This document shows, piece by piece, positions 19,873-30,049 of a DNA stretch of 64,000 nt. Under the pieces are notes generated by a model. That model was not told the DNA's origin and did not search any database. It was given only the letters and a program-made list of their open reading frames with translations. The translations under genes and the position numbers were made by a program. Positions within the stretch are counted from its first letter, which is position 1; each line of letters opens with the position of its first letter. The DNA is from Bacteriovoracaceae bacterium (GTDB lineage: Bacteria; Bdellovibrionota; Bacteriovoracia; Bacteriovoracales; Bacteriovoracaceae): assembly GCA_041586955.1 (NCBI GenBank), contig JBFGZE010000005.1:24563-88562 (forward strand). The letters are read 5' to 3'.

Positions 19873-20826
19873 ATGAAGGTAAAAGATTTAATACAAGTCA
19901 TTAAATTTAAAAAGCAATTTCACCAATATTATAAGAGTGAAGGGGTCTCTGGTACCTTTTCCGGTACTGATGGCCTGATCCTTCACTATACTAAATTTAC
20001 TCATCCCGATAATACTAAGGCCATCATTATCTCTCCCGGGAGAGGGGAAGCCGGAATTAAATACGCTGAGCTGCTCTACGATCTCAGGGGCTACGGTTAT
20101 GATGTATGGATTCTCGATCATCGCGGACAAGGATTTTCTCAGCGGGTGTTAAAAGATCCCTATAAAGGTCACGTCAATGAATTTGAAGATTACGTCCTTG
20201 ATTTTGAGGAATTTTCATTAATCGTCGATCAAGAAAAAGAATACGCTAAAAAAATACTTTTGGCCCACTCAATGGGGGCGGCCATCGGATTGTTATTTAG
20301 CGCCGCTAAACCAAATTATTTTGATGGTGCGATTCTCTCTAGCCCTATGTTTGATATTAAACTTAATGGTATGCCTAAGTTTTTTGCGCTCGCGCTTCTC
20401 TATATCCTGCGATTCTTTGGCAAGGCACGGGACTGGGTTATCAATGGAGGTCACCATTTGGAAGTTAAGGGTTTTGATGAGAATACCGTCACGAGTTCTC
20501 ATAAAAGATTTTTATGGGAGCGTTTTATTGAGAGTAAGCACCCTAAGATTCGTTCAGGCTTTGTGACTAATAATTGGGTACTTGAGGCGATCAATGCTAC
20601 TGATCGTCTTTACGAAAAACGAAAAAATATTAAAATTCCTATTCTTATGTTTCAGGCTGGGAAAGAGTTTTACGTCAACCCTGGGCGCCAAAAAGAGTTC
20701 TGTGACCATTTAGAAAATTACACCCTCGTGCGGATTGAGGATGCTTTGCATGAGGTTTTGCATGAGCAGGATAATATTCGTAACGTTGTGATGAAGGAAA
20801 TTGGTAAATTCCTTAAGGGCGTGTAA
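19873..20826 (+). CDS. Lysophospholipase L2-like alpha/beta hydrolase
   Basis: PGRGE, DHRGQGFS, AHSMG, HEVL motifs (PldB-like). Confidence 0.85.
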   Translation: MKVKDLIQVIKFKKQFHQYYKSEGVSGTFSGTDGLILHYTKFTHPDNTKAIIISPGRGEAGIKYAELLYDLRGYGYDVWILDHRGQGFSQRVLKDPYKGHVNEFEDYVLDFEEFSLIVDQEKEYAKKILLAHSMGAAIGLLFSAAKPNYFDGAILSSPMFDIKLNGMPKFFALALLYILRFFGKARDWVINGGHHLEVKGFDENTVTSSHKRFLWERFIESKHPKIRSGFVTNNWVLEAINATDRLYEKRKNIKIPILMFQAGKEFYVNPGRQKEFCDHLENYTLVRIEDALHEVLHEQDNIRNVVMKEIGKFLKGV

Positions 20827-21967
20827 AAAGAAATTGAATACGACCGCTATAACTCAATTCACGTACTGATTTTTTAATTGTCTCTAATAATTCCTCATCA
20901 TTCATATTTTGAACATCCAAAACAAATTCATAATGGATTTTTTTGCCCAAATAATGGAGACGAGTTTCTTTAATCTTAGAGATGATCTCTTGGTCGAGAT
21001 TTTGTCTTATCCTTTCTAAAACCTTTTGGCGCAAAGGTAGGACGGTTTCTTTATAAGAGGAAAATGGAATTTCTACATCGTCTTCCACATCCGTGTGGAC
21101 AACGACATCACTGACTTTAGGGTCATTATCCATAATGGACTTAATCGCCTGGGTGGCTATCTCATGACCTTCTGAGACGCTGATCTTTGCCGCCACTTGA
21201 ATATTAACATCGAGAATAATACGCGGACCCATTTTTCGCGCCCTTAAATTATGGGCATCTTCGATCTCGGGAATTGCCATAATACGTTCGAGGTATTTTT
21301 TGGTCTCTTCGGGATTTAAGCTTGAGTCGACTAATTCTGTGGTGCTATCTTTGATAAAATCAAGGCCAACTTTTCCAATCATTAACGAAATAATAAGCGC
21401 TGCCGCGTGGTCCGCCCAGTAGATATCAAAAAGAGAGAGGACAAATCCCAGGAGAACGATGATTGAAGAAATGCAATCAGTACGGCTATGCCATGCATTG
21501 GCCAATAATAATTGGCTACCTATGATCTCGGCCGTTTTTTTAGTGTAACGGAAGAGCCACTCATTGGCGAGGACTGAGATGAGAGCACCGATGGCGACAG
21601 GGTATTTTGGAATAACAAACCCCTTTTGAGTGATAAAGGGGAGAATATTTTCATAAAAAAGAACGCCACTGGTGATAATGAGTATACAACCAATAACCAG
21701 AGTGCCCATGGTTTCTATACGGCCATGGCCATAGGGGTGATTTTTATCCGGGGCTTCATAGGAAAAGCGGTTAACAAAAATAATAAAAAGGTCAGATAAT
21801 AAATCGCTAAAGGAATGAATACCATCAACTATAAGAGAATGGGAACTCGCGAAAACTCCAATAATAATTTTGGCCACGCCTAGGGCCATATTAATAAGGG
21901 CGCCAGTTATGGTGACTTTTTGTGCCATCCGGCGATTAATTTTCTGCTGATTGGGGTTGCGATTCAT
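20813..21967 (-). CDS. Cation diffusion facilitator transporter
   Basis: DGIHSFSD, HPYGHGRIE, NAWHSRTD motifs. Confidence 0.93.
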   Translation of the reverse strand: MNRNPNQQKINRRMAQKVTITGALINMALGVAKIIIGVFASSHSLIVDGIHSFSDLLSDLFIIFVNRFSYEAPDKNHPYGHGRIETMGTLVIGCILIITSGVLFYENILPFITQKGFVIPKYPVAIGALISVLANEWLFRYTKKTAEIIGSQLLLANAWHSRTDCISSIIVLLGFVLSLFDIYWADHAAALIISLMIGKVGLDFIKDSTTELVDSSLNPEETKKYLERIMAIPEIEDAHNLRARKMGPRIILDVNIQVAAKISVSEGHEIATQAIKSIMDNDPKVSDVVVHTDVEDDVEIPFSSYKETVLPLRQKVLERIRQNLDQEIISKIKETRLHYLGKKIHYEFVLDVQNMNDEELLETIKKSVRELSYSGRIQFLFTRP

Positions 21968-22344
21968 ACTATCTCATCAATTTTCGTTTCGATCTTATAC
22001 TTGTTGGCAAGCTCTTCAACTATGTCTCTTACAACCTCGGGTCTAATGAGAATATTGACCACCGAAAATTGTTGATTAGGGCCAAAATGGCAATTATTAT
22101 CACAATTCATCTCTTTAGTTAGTAGAGCAACTTGGAGAATGGGATCTTTATTTTCAAAATTGGCATACCATTTAAAAAATTTCTCAAAACCCTTTTTTAA
22201 TTCTTCTACCATTTCCTCATGTTCATCTTTTTCTATATTAAAAAGGATACGGCCAGAGTCCATTTGCTTGCCATTTACTATAATTTTTATAGAGCCACGA
22301 GAGGAGAGGTATAGTGAATCGTTCAAGCACTCGGGGCAATACAT
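21964..22344 (-). CDS. Hypothetical protein with CxxC pairs
   Basis: MYCPEC...CDNNC; AAGGA RBS; overlaps the CDF gene start. Confidence 0.6.
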   Translation of the reverse strand: MYCPECLNDSLYLSSRGSIKIIVNGKQMDSGRILFNIEKDEHEEMVEELKKGFEKFFKWYANFENKDPILQVALLTKEMNCDNNCHFGPNQQFSVVNILIRPEVVRDIVEELANKYKIETKIDEIV

Positions 22345-22426
22345 AGATATAGTCCTTTGATAATTGGTCGTTTCAAAATTATAATAGAATGAGAGGGATA
22401 TTCCCAACGACTATCAGAGGTATTTA

Positions 22427-23275
22427 GTGAAATTTTTGGAAAAAATCATACATGGTCCCAAGCAAACCTCTCTTTTTGCTCGAATTTATGAGTCAGGTAT
22501 GAAGCCGTGGATTATAGTGACCCATGGTGTCGGTGAACATTCTGGCCGACATCTCTATATGGGGGACCTATTATCTCATCAATTTAATATCTGCCTCTAT
22601 GATTTGCGCGGTCACGGCAAGAGTGGTGGTAAGAGTGCCTATATTGAAAACTTTTCTCAGTATTATGATGACCTTCATGCCGTTATTCAATACTTACAAG
22701 AGACCTATCAGGCCGAAAATTATTTGCTTTTTGGCCACTCTATGGGCGCCCTCATTACTTGTGGTTTTTTAAAGAACTTTCCCCAAGATATACCAAATCC
22801 AATGATGGCCTATGTTAATGCTCCGCCAGTTGGCCTGCCCGGTTTCCTTGGAAAGATGGTGGAAAAAATTCCTAATCAAATATTGGGAAAAATCGCCCAG
22901 GGCCTCCCGGGCCTGCGATTAAAGGGCATGGTAGATATGAATTATTTATCTCATGACCCGAGAGTCATTCTCAATTATCGAGTGGATAAGCTCAATCATA
23001 TGGCCCTTCATTCAAAATTATTATTGGAGATTGCTCATGCCTCTCGTCAAGTTTTTGATGGCCCCATTAATCCTCCCTGTCCTGCTATTTGTAGCTATGG
23101 GACAGAAGATAGAATTATTAATGTCCAGGCGATTGAGGATTATTTCGGTGATGTCGAGATGAATTTTAACCTTAAGAGCTTTGAAGGTGCATTCCATGAA
23201 ATTCATAATGAGATTGAGCGTTACCGGAAACCATATTTTGATTTTTTAACAAATTCCATGACACCTTTCTCCTAG
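22427..23275 (+). CDS. Lysophospholipase/monoacylglycerol lipase-like alpha/beta hydrolase
   Basis: HGVGEHSGR, DLRGHGKS, GHSMG, HEIHNE motifs. Confidence 0.88.
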   Translation: MKFLEKIIHGPKQTSLFARIYESGMKPWIIVTHGVGEHSGRHLYMGDLLSHQFNICLYDLRGHGKSGGKSAYIENFSQYYDDLHAVIQYLQETYQAENYLLFGHSMGALITCGFLKNFPQDIPNPMMAYVNAPPVGLPGFLGKMVEKIPNQILGKIAQGLPGLRLKGMVDMNYLSHDPRVILNYRVDKLNHMALHSKLLLEIAHASRQVFDGPINPPCPAICSYGTEDRIINVQAIEDYFGDVEMNFNLKSFEGAFHEIHNEIERYRKPYFDFLTNSMTPFS

Positions 23276-23446
23276 GATTATTAGACGAATTTATCCTCGC
23301 ATATTCAGAGAGCGCTTTGGGCATATGGCCTGGTATGACAAAAAAAAGTCGTTAACCTATTAAATGCAGATAAAGATCCCGCCTTTGGAGTTCGTTATAT
23401 CCATAAAAATATTCACAGAGTTTATATGGCACAATTGAATAGGCAG

Positions 23447-24124
23447 TTATTTTGAATTGGGGAAGCTATCTGCCCATTTTAGAAAACGAGAAATAATTTC
23501 TAATCCATCTCTGCGCGTGAGCTTCTTATCTGCTGGTGAAAGCTCGGCCTTAACATCATTTTCAATAAAATAATCAGAGGCCTCCGGATGAGTTTGCAAA
23601 CTAAAAAGAGGCAAGCGTTCATGAGCGATTATATCATGAGGGCATTCTGGTGAATGGCCGATATGAATAAAAGGTGGTGCAATATTGGCGACTTGGTAGG
23701 AGTGGGCCTTGATTAAGGTAAAAGTTTCTCCCGCTTTGACGAGAGGGTGATCATTGAGAATAGTCACTTGACGCATTCCTTGGAGCGTCCCATGATTTGG
23801 ATTTTGAATGATTGTTAAACCAAAAGCATCGGCCAATAATTGATGACCAAAACAAAGGGCAAGGACTGGTTTACCCTTTTCTAATTCTTGCAGCATATGG
23901 CGCGCTAATTCTTTTTGCCAAGGCAGACGATCTTCTACATTACTAAAGCTTCCCAATATAATGTAGGCGAGATTTTGTTCTTGCGCTTCATACAGAGATT
24001 CCATTCCCTGCGTGGAAGGAATATGATAAGTGAAGGATTGTGGGAAGTTCCTGACTAATTGATTAAAAATAAAGAGACTATTGCGCTTAATTCCACAATC
24101 GATTATGGCAATTAATTTTTTCAT
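23447..24124 (-). CDS. Class I glutamine amidotransferase-like protein
   Basis: LCFGHQL nucleophile elbow and QTHPE. Confidence 0.85.
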   Translation of the reverse strand: MKKLIAIIDCGIKRNSLFIFNQLVRNFPQSFTYHIPSTQGMESLYEAQEQNLAYIILGSFSNVEDRLPWQKELARHMLQELEKGKPVLALCFGHQLLADAFGLTIIQNPNHGTLQGMRQVTILNDHPLVKAGETFTLIKAHSYQVANIAPPFIHIGHSPECPHDIIAHERLPLFSLQTHPEASDYFIENDVKAELSPADKKLTRRDGLEIISRFLKWADSFPNSK

Positions 24125-24138
24125 AAGGAAAAATAGAA

Positions 24139-24615
24139 ATGAATCAAACTATTGTCAAAAGATATTATCAGAACACTAAAGGAGGGTTGATTCTCATCTG
24201 CGGTAACGAGCAGGCGATCTTTTCCCTGGAGTTTCTAAAAAGCAAACCAGACTTTGAAAATGATACAAGCTATGCCCTCGGGAAAAAGGCCTGTACTCAA
24301 TTACAGGAATACTTTAGTGGTGAGCGCCAGCAATTTGATATTTCTTGTGCGCCACAGGGAACCCCCTTTCAGAAACGAGTTTGGTTAGCTCTTCAAAAAA
24401 TACCTTATGGCCAATTATGGACTTACAAAGATCTCGCTGAATTGGTGGAATGTCCAAAAGGTTATCAGGCCATTGGCCAGGCCAATGGGAAAAATCCTAT
24501 TCCTATTATTATTCCCTGTCATCGGGTTGTGGCCAAGAATGGGCCAGGAGGTTTTTCTGCTGGGATGAAGATGAAGTACTTTCTTATTAAGACAGAAAGC
24601 GCTAAGCGGCGTTGA
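24139..24615 (+). CDS. ogt: Methylated-DNA-protein-cysteine methyltransferase
   Basis: GTPFQKRVW and IIPCHRVV active site. Confidence 0.92.
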   Translation: MNQTIVKRYYQNTKGGLILICGNEQAIFSLEFLKSKPDFENDTSYALGKKACTQLQEYFSGERQQFDISCAPQGTPFQKRVWLALQKIPYGQLWTYKDLAELVECPKGYQAIGQANGKNPIPIIIPCHRVVAKNGPGGFSAGMKMKYFLIKTESAKRR

Positions 24616-24630
24616 GGAACTTAAAAGATC

Positions 24631-24813
24631 TTATATAATATTGGAGGAGGGGAGGATATAACCATCACCACTGCCGCCACCATTACCTCCGGGTCCTTCA
24701 TCATTAAAAGGAGGAGATTTTTCTTTGGCCATTAATTGGCCTTGAGGGAGAGAGCTGACGATTGTGGCCATGCCACATAAAATAAATATTAATAGTGCTA
24801 ATTTTTTAAACAT
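24631..24813 (-). CDS. Small secreted Gly-rich protein
   Basis: Signal-like MFKKLALLIFILCG; contains GPGGNGGGSGDG. Confidence 0.45.
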   Translation of the reverse strand: MFKKLALLIFILCGMATIVSSLPQGQLMAKEKSPPFNDEGPGGNGGGSGDGYILPSSNII

Positions 24814-25004
24814 AGAGTCTTGCCTCACTTAGGCTTCAGAGCATAGTAGTATGCTATTACGCCTAGATAGCATAATGATAAGCAAGGTCAATCCGATTAT
24901 CATCCAATTATTTTTATTGCAGTCGAGTTTTCAGCCGGTTGAGTCATTAATGTAAGAATTTTGAATTTCTTACATCGCTTTTTGGGGGACAATCGACACC
25001 AATT

Positions 25005-26258
25005 CTAGACCTTAAGGCCTTCTAAAAACTCCACTCGAACCAACGCAGGAGGGTGAGAATGGTACCATCGGCTATACATAGGGTCTGGAGTAAGAGTTGA
25101 AGCGTTCTCCTTATAGAGCTTAACTAAGGCCTGGATGAGCTCCTGGGGATCCGAGTATTGGGCGGCGAAGGTATCGGCTTCAAATTCATACTTACGGCTA
25201 ACAAAACTTGAGATGGGCGTCATCCAAAAGGTATAGGCCGATAACACCATAGAGAAAAGAACAAGCCCAGTATAGGGGGCTCCGGTCTTTACACCATGGC
25301 CTAGATAGAAATCAGGAGAGTGAAATAAAAGGCCTAAGGCCCAAAATCCAATAAAACTAATAACGACTGATTTCATCAATTGCTTGACGATGTGTTTACA
25401 CTTGAAATGACCTAGTTCATGGGCCAAAACTGCTTCCACCTCACCAGGGCCGAGAGTTTTAATAAGAGTGTCGAAAAAGACAATGCGCTTGTTTTTACCA
25501 AAACCTGTAAAATAGGCGTTACCATGGCTCGAGCGTATCGAGGCATCCATGACAAAAAGTCCATTAGATTCAAAGCCTGTGCGTTGAAGAAGGCCTAAAA
25601 CCTTTTCTTTTACCTCACCCTCCTCTAATGCACTAAATTTATTAAAGATAGGAGCGATGAATCGGGGATAGGCCCATAATAAGGTAAATTGAACGGCGAT
25701 GAGAAATCCCCAGCCCCAAAGCCACCAGTTTTGACCAAGTTTTTCAATAATGGCGAGCAGGCCAGCAAAGATAGGCAGGCCAATAAGCGCACCCAGAACT
25801 AGGCCTTTAATCATGTCAATAATGAATAATTTAGGAGTGGTTTTATTAAAGCCAAATTTTTCTTCCAACACAAATGTGGTGTAGAGACTTTGGGGAATTC
25901 CTAGGAGAGTCGAGATCCCGGCAAAAGCGGCCATGAAGTAAATGCCTTGAGTGATCATTGAGGGGGCCATCATTTGCGCCCAATCCGTAAGCGCCTGAAG
26001 CCCCCCGCCAAAAGTCCATAAAAGGAGTATAATCAGATCCATAGTACGAAACCAACGACCGGCCTGGCCTTTGGCGCGAGCATATTCAGCGGCCTTTTGA
26101 TGCTCCTCTAGAGTGATAACGTCTTGAAAGCGCTCAGGGACCTTGTTGCGATGAGCATAAATATATCTTGTGTTGCGCTTCTCTAAATAGGCTTCCAGAA
26201 CTTCTTTGATTCCTAAAGCGCAAAGAAAAATTGATGTGACCACTTGGGTATTGCTCAT
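25005..26258 (-). CDS. Ste24/M48A membrane zinc metalloprotease
   Basis: NAYFTGFG, HELGH, EFEAD, SHPP motifs; multiple TM helices. Confidence 0.93.
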   Translation of the reverse strand: MSNTQVVTSIFLCALGIKEVLEAYLEKRNTRYIYAHRNKVPERFQDVITLEEHQKAAEYARAKGQAGRWFRTMDLIILLLWTFGGGLQALTDWAQMMAPSMITQGIYFMAAFAGISTLLGIPQSLYTTFVLEEKFGFNKTTPKLFIIDMIKGLVLGALIGLPIFAGLLAIIEKLGQNWWLWGWGFLIAVQFTLLWAYPRFIAPIFNKFSALEEGEVKEKVLGLLQRTGFESNGLFVMDASIRSSHGNAYFTGFGKNKRIVFFDTLIKTLGPGEVEAVLAHELGHFKCKHIVKQLMKSVVISFIGFWALGLLFHSPDFYLGHGVKTGAPYTGLVLFSMVLSAYTFWMTPISSFVSRKYEFEADTFAAQYSDPQELIQALVKLYKENASTLTPDPMYSRWYHSHPPALVRVEFLEGLKV

Positions 26259-26329
26259 TTGGTTTCCTTAAAAGTATGGTTAAACACCTCTAGGATAGCG
26301 AAAGCATTTTAATAATTAAAGGAACAAAT

Positions 26330-27106
26330 ATGCCATTTAAAATCCTTTATACAGAATCTTCTCTACGCAACTTCACTTATCTTTTAAAAGATGAAGAAAA
26401 TAGAGTGGTTTGCTTTGACCCGTTTTCTGCAGCGCAGGTGCAGCAATTTTTGCAATCATGGGGAGGTCATTTAACTACCATTATCAATACCCATGAGCAT
26501 TGGGATCATACCCAGGGAAATGAGGAATTGGTGGGCATTTATCAATGCGAAGTTTTGGCCCACCCAAAGGCGCGGGACATCCCCTGCCAGACGGGGACTT
26601 TGAAAAAAGGCGATCAACTCGATTTGGGGATAGAGGGTTATCTAGAGGTTTTAGAAACACCGGGTCACACGATGGCGCATCTTAGTTTCTTATGGTGGAA
26701 AGAGCAGCGGCCCTATGGCATTTTTACGGGAGACACACTTTTTAATGCAGGTGTCGGAAATTGCCATAATGGAGGTGACCCTCATATTCTTTATCAGACT
26801 ATTAAAAATGAGTATTACCCTTTGGCCGATGAAATTATTGTTTTTCCTGGCCATGAGTATCTTCAGAATAATTTGCGCTTTACTTTGGACCGGGAACCTC
26901 ATAATCGTAAGGCAAGAGAGTTATTGGAATGGTGCGAGGCCAATGACGTGATTAAAGAAGAATTTACAACGACCATGGGATTGGAAAAAGAAATTAATAC
27001 TTTTTTACGTCTCAGTGAAATCGAAATACGAAATAATTTACCACAGACAGTGAGTTCTGAAGAAGACGCTTTTGTGGCCTTAAGAGCATTAAGAAATCAA
27101 TGGTAA
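26330..27106 (+). CDS. gloB: Hydroxyacylglutathione hydrolase (glyoxalase II)
   Basis: THEHWDH, TPGHT, GDTLF, GHEY motifs. Confidence 0.85.
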   Translation: MPFKILYTESSLRNFTYLLKDEENRVVCFDPFSAAQVQQFLQSWGGHLTTIINTHEHWDHTQGNEELVGIYQCEVLAHPKARDIPCQTGTLKKGDQLDLGIEGYLEVLETPGHTMAHLSFLWWKEQRPYGIFTGDTLFNAGVGNCHNGGDPHILYQTIKNEYYPLADEIIVFPGHEYLQNNLRFTLDREPHNRKARELLEWCEANDVIKEEFTTTMGLEKEINTFLRLSEIEIRNNLPQTVSSEEDAFVALRALRNQW

Positions 27107-27122
27107 TAATAAAGGAGATAAA

Positions 27123-27599
27123 ATGGATTTACCAAAAATTGGCAATATGGCACCTGCTTTTACCTTATTAAATCAAAAAGGTGAAAAAGTATCCTCAAAA
27201 GATTTTAAAGGGGCGAAAAATATTGTCCTTTATTTTTACCCGAAAGCGATGACTCCCGGTTGTACGGTTCAGGCATGTGGGATTCGTGATAAAAAACGTA
27301 ATTTTACCAATTCTGGAACAATTGTTCTTGGAGTTAGTCCCGATGCTCCTGCACGCTTACAAAAGTTTATTGATAAAGAGAAACTTAATTTTGATTTACT
27401 CTCTGATGAAGACCATAAAATAGCTGAAAAATATGGCGTATGGGGTCTTAAGAAATTTATGGGCCGGGAGTATATGGGAATTATGAGAATGACTTTTATT
27501 ATCGGTAAAGACGGTCGTCTTAAGCATATTATGCCGAAAGTGAATACCAAAACTCACCACGAGGATGTTCTCTCTTGGATTAAAGAAAATTTAGATTAA
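27123..27599 (+). CDS. bcp: Thioredoxin-dependent thiol peroxidase Bcp
   Basis: YFYPKAMTPGCTVQAC motif. Confidence 0.93.
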   Translation: MDLPKIGNMAPAFTLLNQKGEKVSSKDFKGAKNIVLYFYPKAMTPGCTVQACGIRDKKRNFTNSGTIVLGVSPDAPARLQKFIDKEKLNFDLLSDEDHKIAEKYGVWGLKKFMGREYMGIMRMTFIIGKDGRLKHIMPKVNTKTHHEDVLSWIKENLD

Positions 27600-27610
27600 C
27601 GAGGAATAGA

Positions 27611-28720
27611 ATGAAAAAGATTTGCTTGATTGGCCTTATTCTGATGATGAATAATTTTCTTTATGCCAAAACTCAGAAATTAAATATGATGGTTTATAAT
27701 GTGGAAAATCTCTTTGACGGTCAGCATGATGCGGGCAAGAACGATTGGGCCTATTTACCCAAAGATTTTAAAGGGAAAACCAAGGAATGCAATAGCATTC
27801 CTAATCCTCGTTATCGGAAACAATGCCTTGAGGGGAATTGGACCGCCAAACATTTAAAAGTTAAATTTTTGCAAATCGAAAAAATGGTCAAGTCTAAAGG
27901 GGTTCTACCTGATCTTCTCGCATTGAGTGAAATTGAAAATCAAAATGTCATTCAAGCATTGGCAGGTCATTTGGGTTATCAAAAAATAATGGTTTCCAAT
28001 TCTCCTGACCAGCGCGGCATCGATTTGGCCTTACTTTTTAATGAGAAAAATGGATTGGTTTTTAAAAATAAACGAGAACATGTATTGGCCGGAGAGTATT
28101 TTAATAAAAGGCCGAGTCGTAATATTTTAGAGGTAGAGTTTCTCTGGAAGAAAGAGCCGCTTTTTGTTTTCGTCAATCATTGGCCATCTCTTTCAAACCC
28201 TCAGAAAACGCGCCTCATTGCCGCACGCACCCTGAAGGATCGCATAGATAATATTCTTAAGATTAATAAGAAGGCTCGAATCATGGCGGTAGGGGATTTT
28301 AATACTATTCCAGAAAACCATCCGCATCCTTTTAGCACGATCTTGGAAAGTGATAACAAAATAGTTGATTTGCATACCACTTTTATGAAATCGAGAAAGG
28401 TTAAAAAGGACACTAAAAAGGCCATGCCACTCGGAACTTATTTTTATGCCCCAAAAATGACTTGGAATTTATTAGATCGAGTTTTTCTTTCGACGAATTT
28501 ATTAAGGAGTAAAAAAGGTATTAAAGTGGATCTCAACTCTTATGAGATTGTTGCTCCTAAATGGGCGCAAACCACATTTAAATACGATGATAAAAACCAA
28601 CCCCATTTTAACTCTATCATTCATGGAGTTCCATGGCGCTACGATCACCTCAGCGCTGATCAAAAAACAGCGGGCTATTCTGATCATTATCCATTATGGC
28701 TTACCTTAAATCTTGATTAG
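27611..28720 (+). CDS. Secreted endonuclease/exonuclease/phosphatase (EEP) family protein
   Basis: Signal peptide; YNVENLFD, NHWPS, GDFN, SDHYP motifs. Confidence 0.9.
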   Translation: MKKICLIGLILMMNNFLYAKTQKLNMMVYNVENLFDGQHDAGKNDWAYLPKDFKGKTKECNSIPNPRYRKQCLEGNWTAKHLKVKFLQIEKMVKSKGVLPDLLALSEIENQNVIQALAGHLGYQKIMVSNSPDQRGIDLALLFNEKNGLVFKNKREHVLAGEYFNKRPSRNILEVEFLWKKEPLFVFVNHWPSLSNPQKTRLIAARTLKDRIDNILKINKKARIMAVGDFNTIPENHPHPFSTILESDNKIVDLHTTFMKSRKVKKDTKKAMPLGTYFYAPKMTWNLLDRVFLSTNLLRSKKGIKVDLNSYEIVAPKWAQTTFKYDDKNQPHFNSIIHGVPWRYDHLSADQKTAGYSDHYPLWLTLNLD

Positions 28721-28856
28721 GAGTAAGGTCCCGTTCTTTTTTACTCAATTTTATATTGTAGAGAAGGAAAGGGACTTTATTTTGCTGCCTCAATTTGATG
28801 TTGATTCTTATCATCACAGGGAGATGTGGAGCAATAAAGCTAGTATAGAGATAAAG

Positions 28857-29882
28857 TTACATGCACTCTCTTGCTCGTTCCCCTTTCTTAAAAAGGACTT
28901 TTTCAAAGAATTCATAAGCTTTTTTACAGACTTTGTTTGTCTTTCCCATCTCTCTAAGTAGAAACGGCTCCGTAACAAAAGCGGTAAGAAGTTCAGAAAA
29001 ATGCTCATTCGAGCGATTGTCTGCATACCTGGAAACCAGACAACCTGGCCGTCCTGTTCTGCTATCTTCGGTCCAAACTTTTCCACCAATGGCCCTTAAA
29101 AATTCATTGTAAATATTATTTCCCTGACCGATTGATGGCTCAACACTATTTCCAATCAGATGTCCCCATTCGTGAACATACTGAGCAACACTCAAACCGT
29201 GTCGGGCACGACCTTTTCTTGAAATGCGAATTTTATTGCCAAACTGCCGGCTGCTCTTTCTATCATCATCGCAATATACAAAAGGAAATTTTTTCTCAGG
29301 CCTTCCAATTTGAAAAATTCCACCATTAAGATATTGCATAGATAGGATGGCCGCACCAAAGGCCCTAATTTCTTCATCCGAAGGAGGTTTACTACCGGGG
29401 GAATCGTTGTCTTTTTTAAAAGAAAAGTTTTGGGACTCGATGGCCGCTTTTGCTTCCTCTAAAGAAACGTTCTCGACTGGGTAGCATCCCCGCTCCGGTC
29501 GGGGGTGGTTCTTAAGTGAGACCCCATAGGGGATCGCTTTGCCATGAGAAGCGACATTTCTTTTAAAAGGTGAAACTTTTTTTGAACTAATTGTTGTCTC
29601 ATGAGTTTTGATGGGCGGATCGGAAGCAGCTTCAATTTCAATGCAGTCTCGTTGAAAGGAAATGTCTCCAGGATTACTAACCACTTCATTGACTTGTTTA
29701 TAGGAGGGTAATGTTTTTCCATTATTAGTTAGACGATTGAGTTCTTTATGTGCAGATATCGATTCTTCAGAATTATCCTGTTGGCCTTGATCAAAAGATA
29801 GAAACTCTTGTCCTGTGGTTTTACAGGAAGCACCTATGACTAAAGCAAAGCAAAATGTTAATAATATTAAGTACCTTTTCAT
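28857..29882 (-). CDS. Lipoprotein, putative gluzincin metallopeptidase
   Basis: Lipobox-like GASC; HEWGH followed by SRYA..NEHFSE. Confidence 0.6.
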   Translation of the reverse strand: MKRYLILLTFCFALVIGASCKTTGQEFLSFDQGQQDNSEESISAHKELNRLTNNGKTLPSYKQVNEVVSNPGDISFQRDCIEIEAASDPPIKTHETTISSKKVSPFKRNVASHGKAIPYGVSLKNHPRPERGCYPVENVSLEEAKAAIESQNFSFKKDNDSPGSKPPSDEEIRAFGAAILSMQYLNGGIFQIGRPEKKFPFVYCDDDRKSSRQFGNKIRISRKGRARHGLSVAQYVHEWGHLIGNSVEPSIGQGNNIYNEFLRAIGGKVWTEDSRTGRPGCLVSRYADNRSNEHFSELLTAFVTEPFLLREMGKTNKVCKKAYEFFEKVLFKKGERARECM

Positions 29883-29898
29883 ATGAGACTCCAAGGTC

Positions 29899-29926
29899 TT
29901 TTCGGAGTATCTCAATAAAAGCTTTA
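29899..29926 (-). promoter_or_regulatory. Sigma28 (FliA)-like promoter
   Basis: TAAA-N16-TCCGAAAA just upstream of the RBS. Confidence 0.4.
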
Positions 29927-30049
29927 GAAATGGCCTGATGATTGCTGCTAAGTGATTAAAAAGTGGTAGTTCTGAAAACGCAAAGGCCATTCGTACCCTA
30001 CTTCGTGACCTTGGGAGAAGCAGACTTTAAGTGCCCTTTAGAAAATTAA

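Noticed and set aside
28713..29722. Short ORFs overlapping the metallopeptidase lipoprotein, and other 60-150 aa ORFs nested in long genes
   Set aside because: Shadow frames with no RBS or recognisable motifs.
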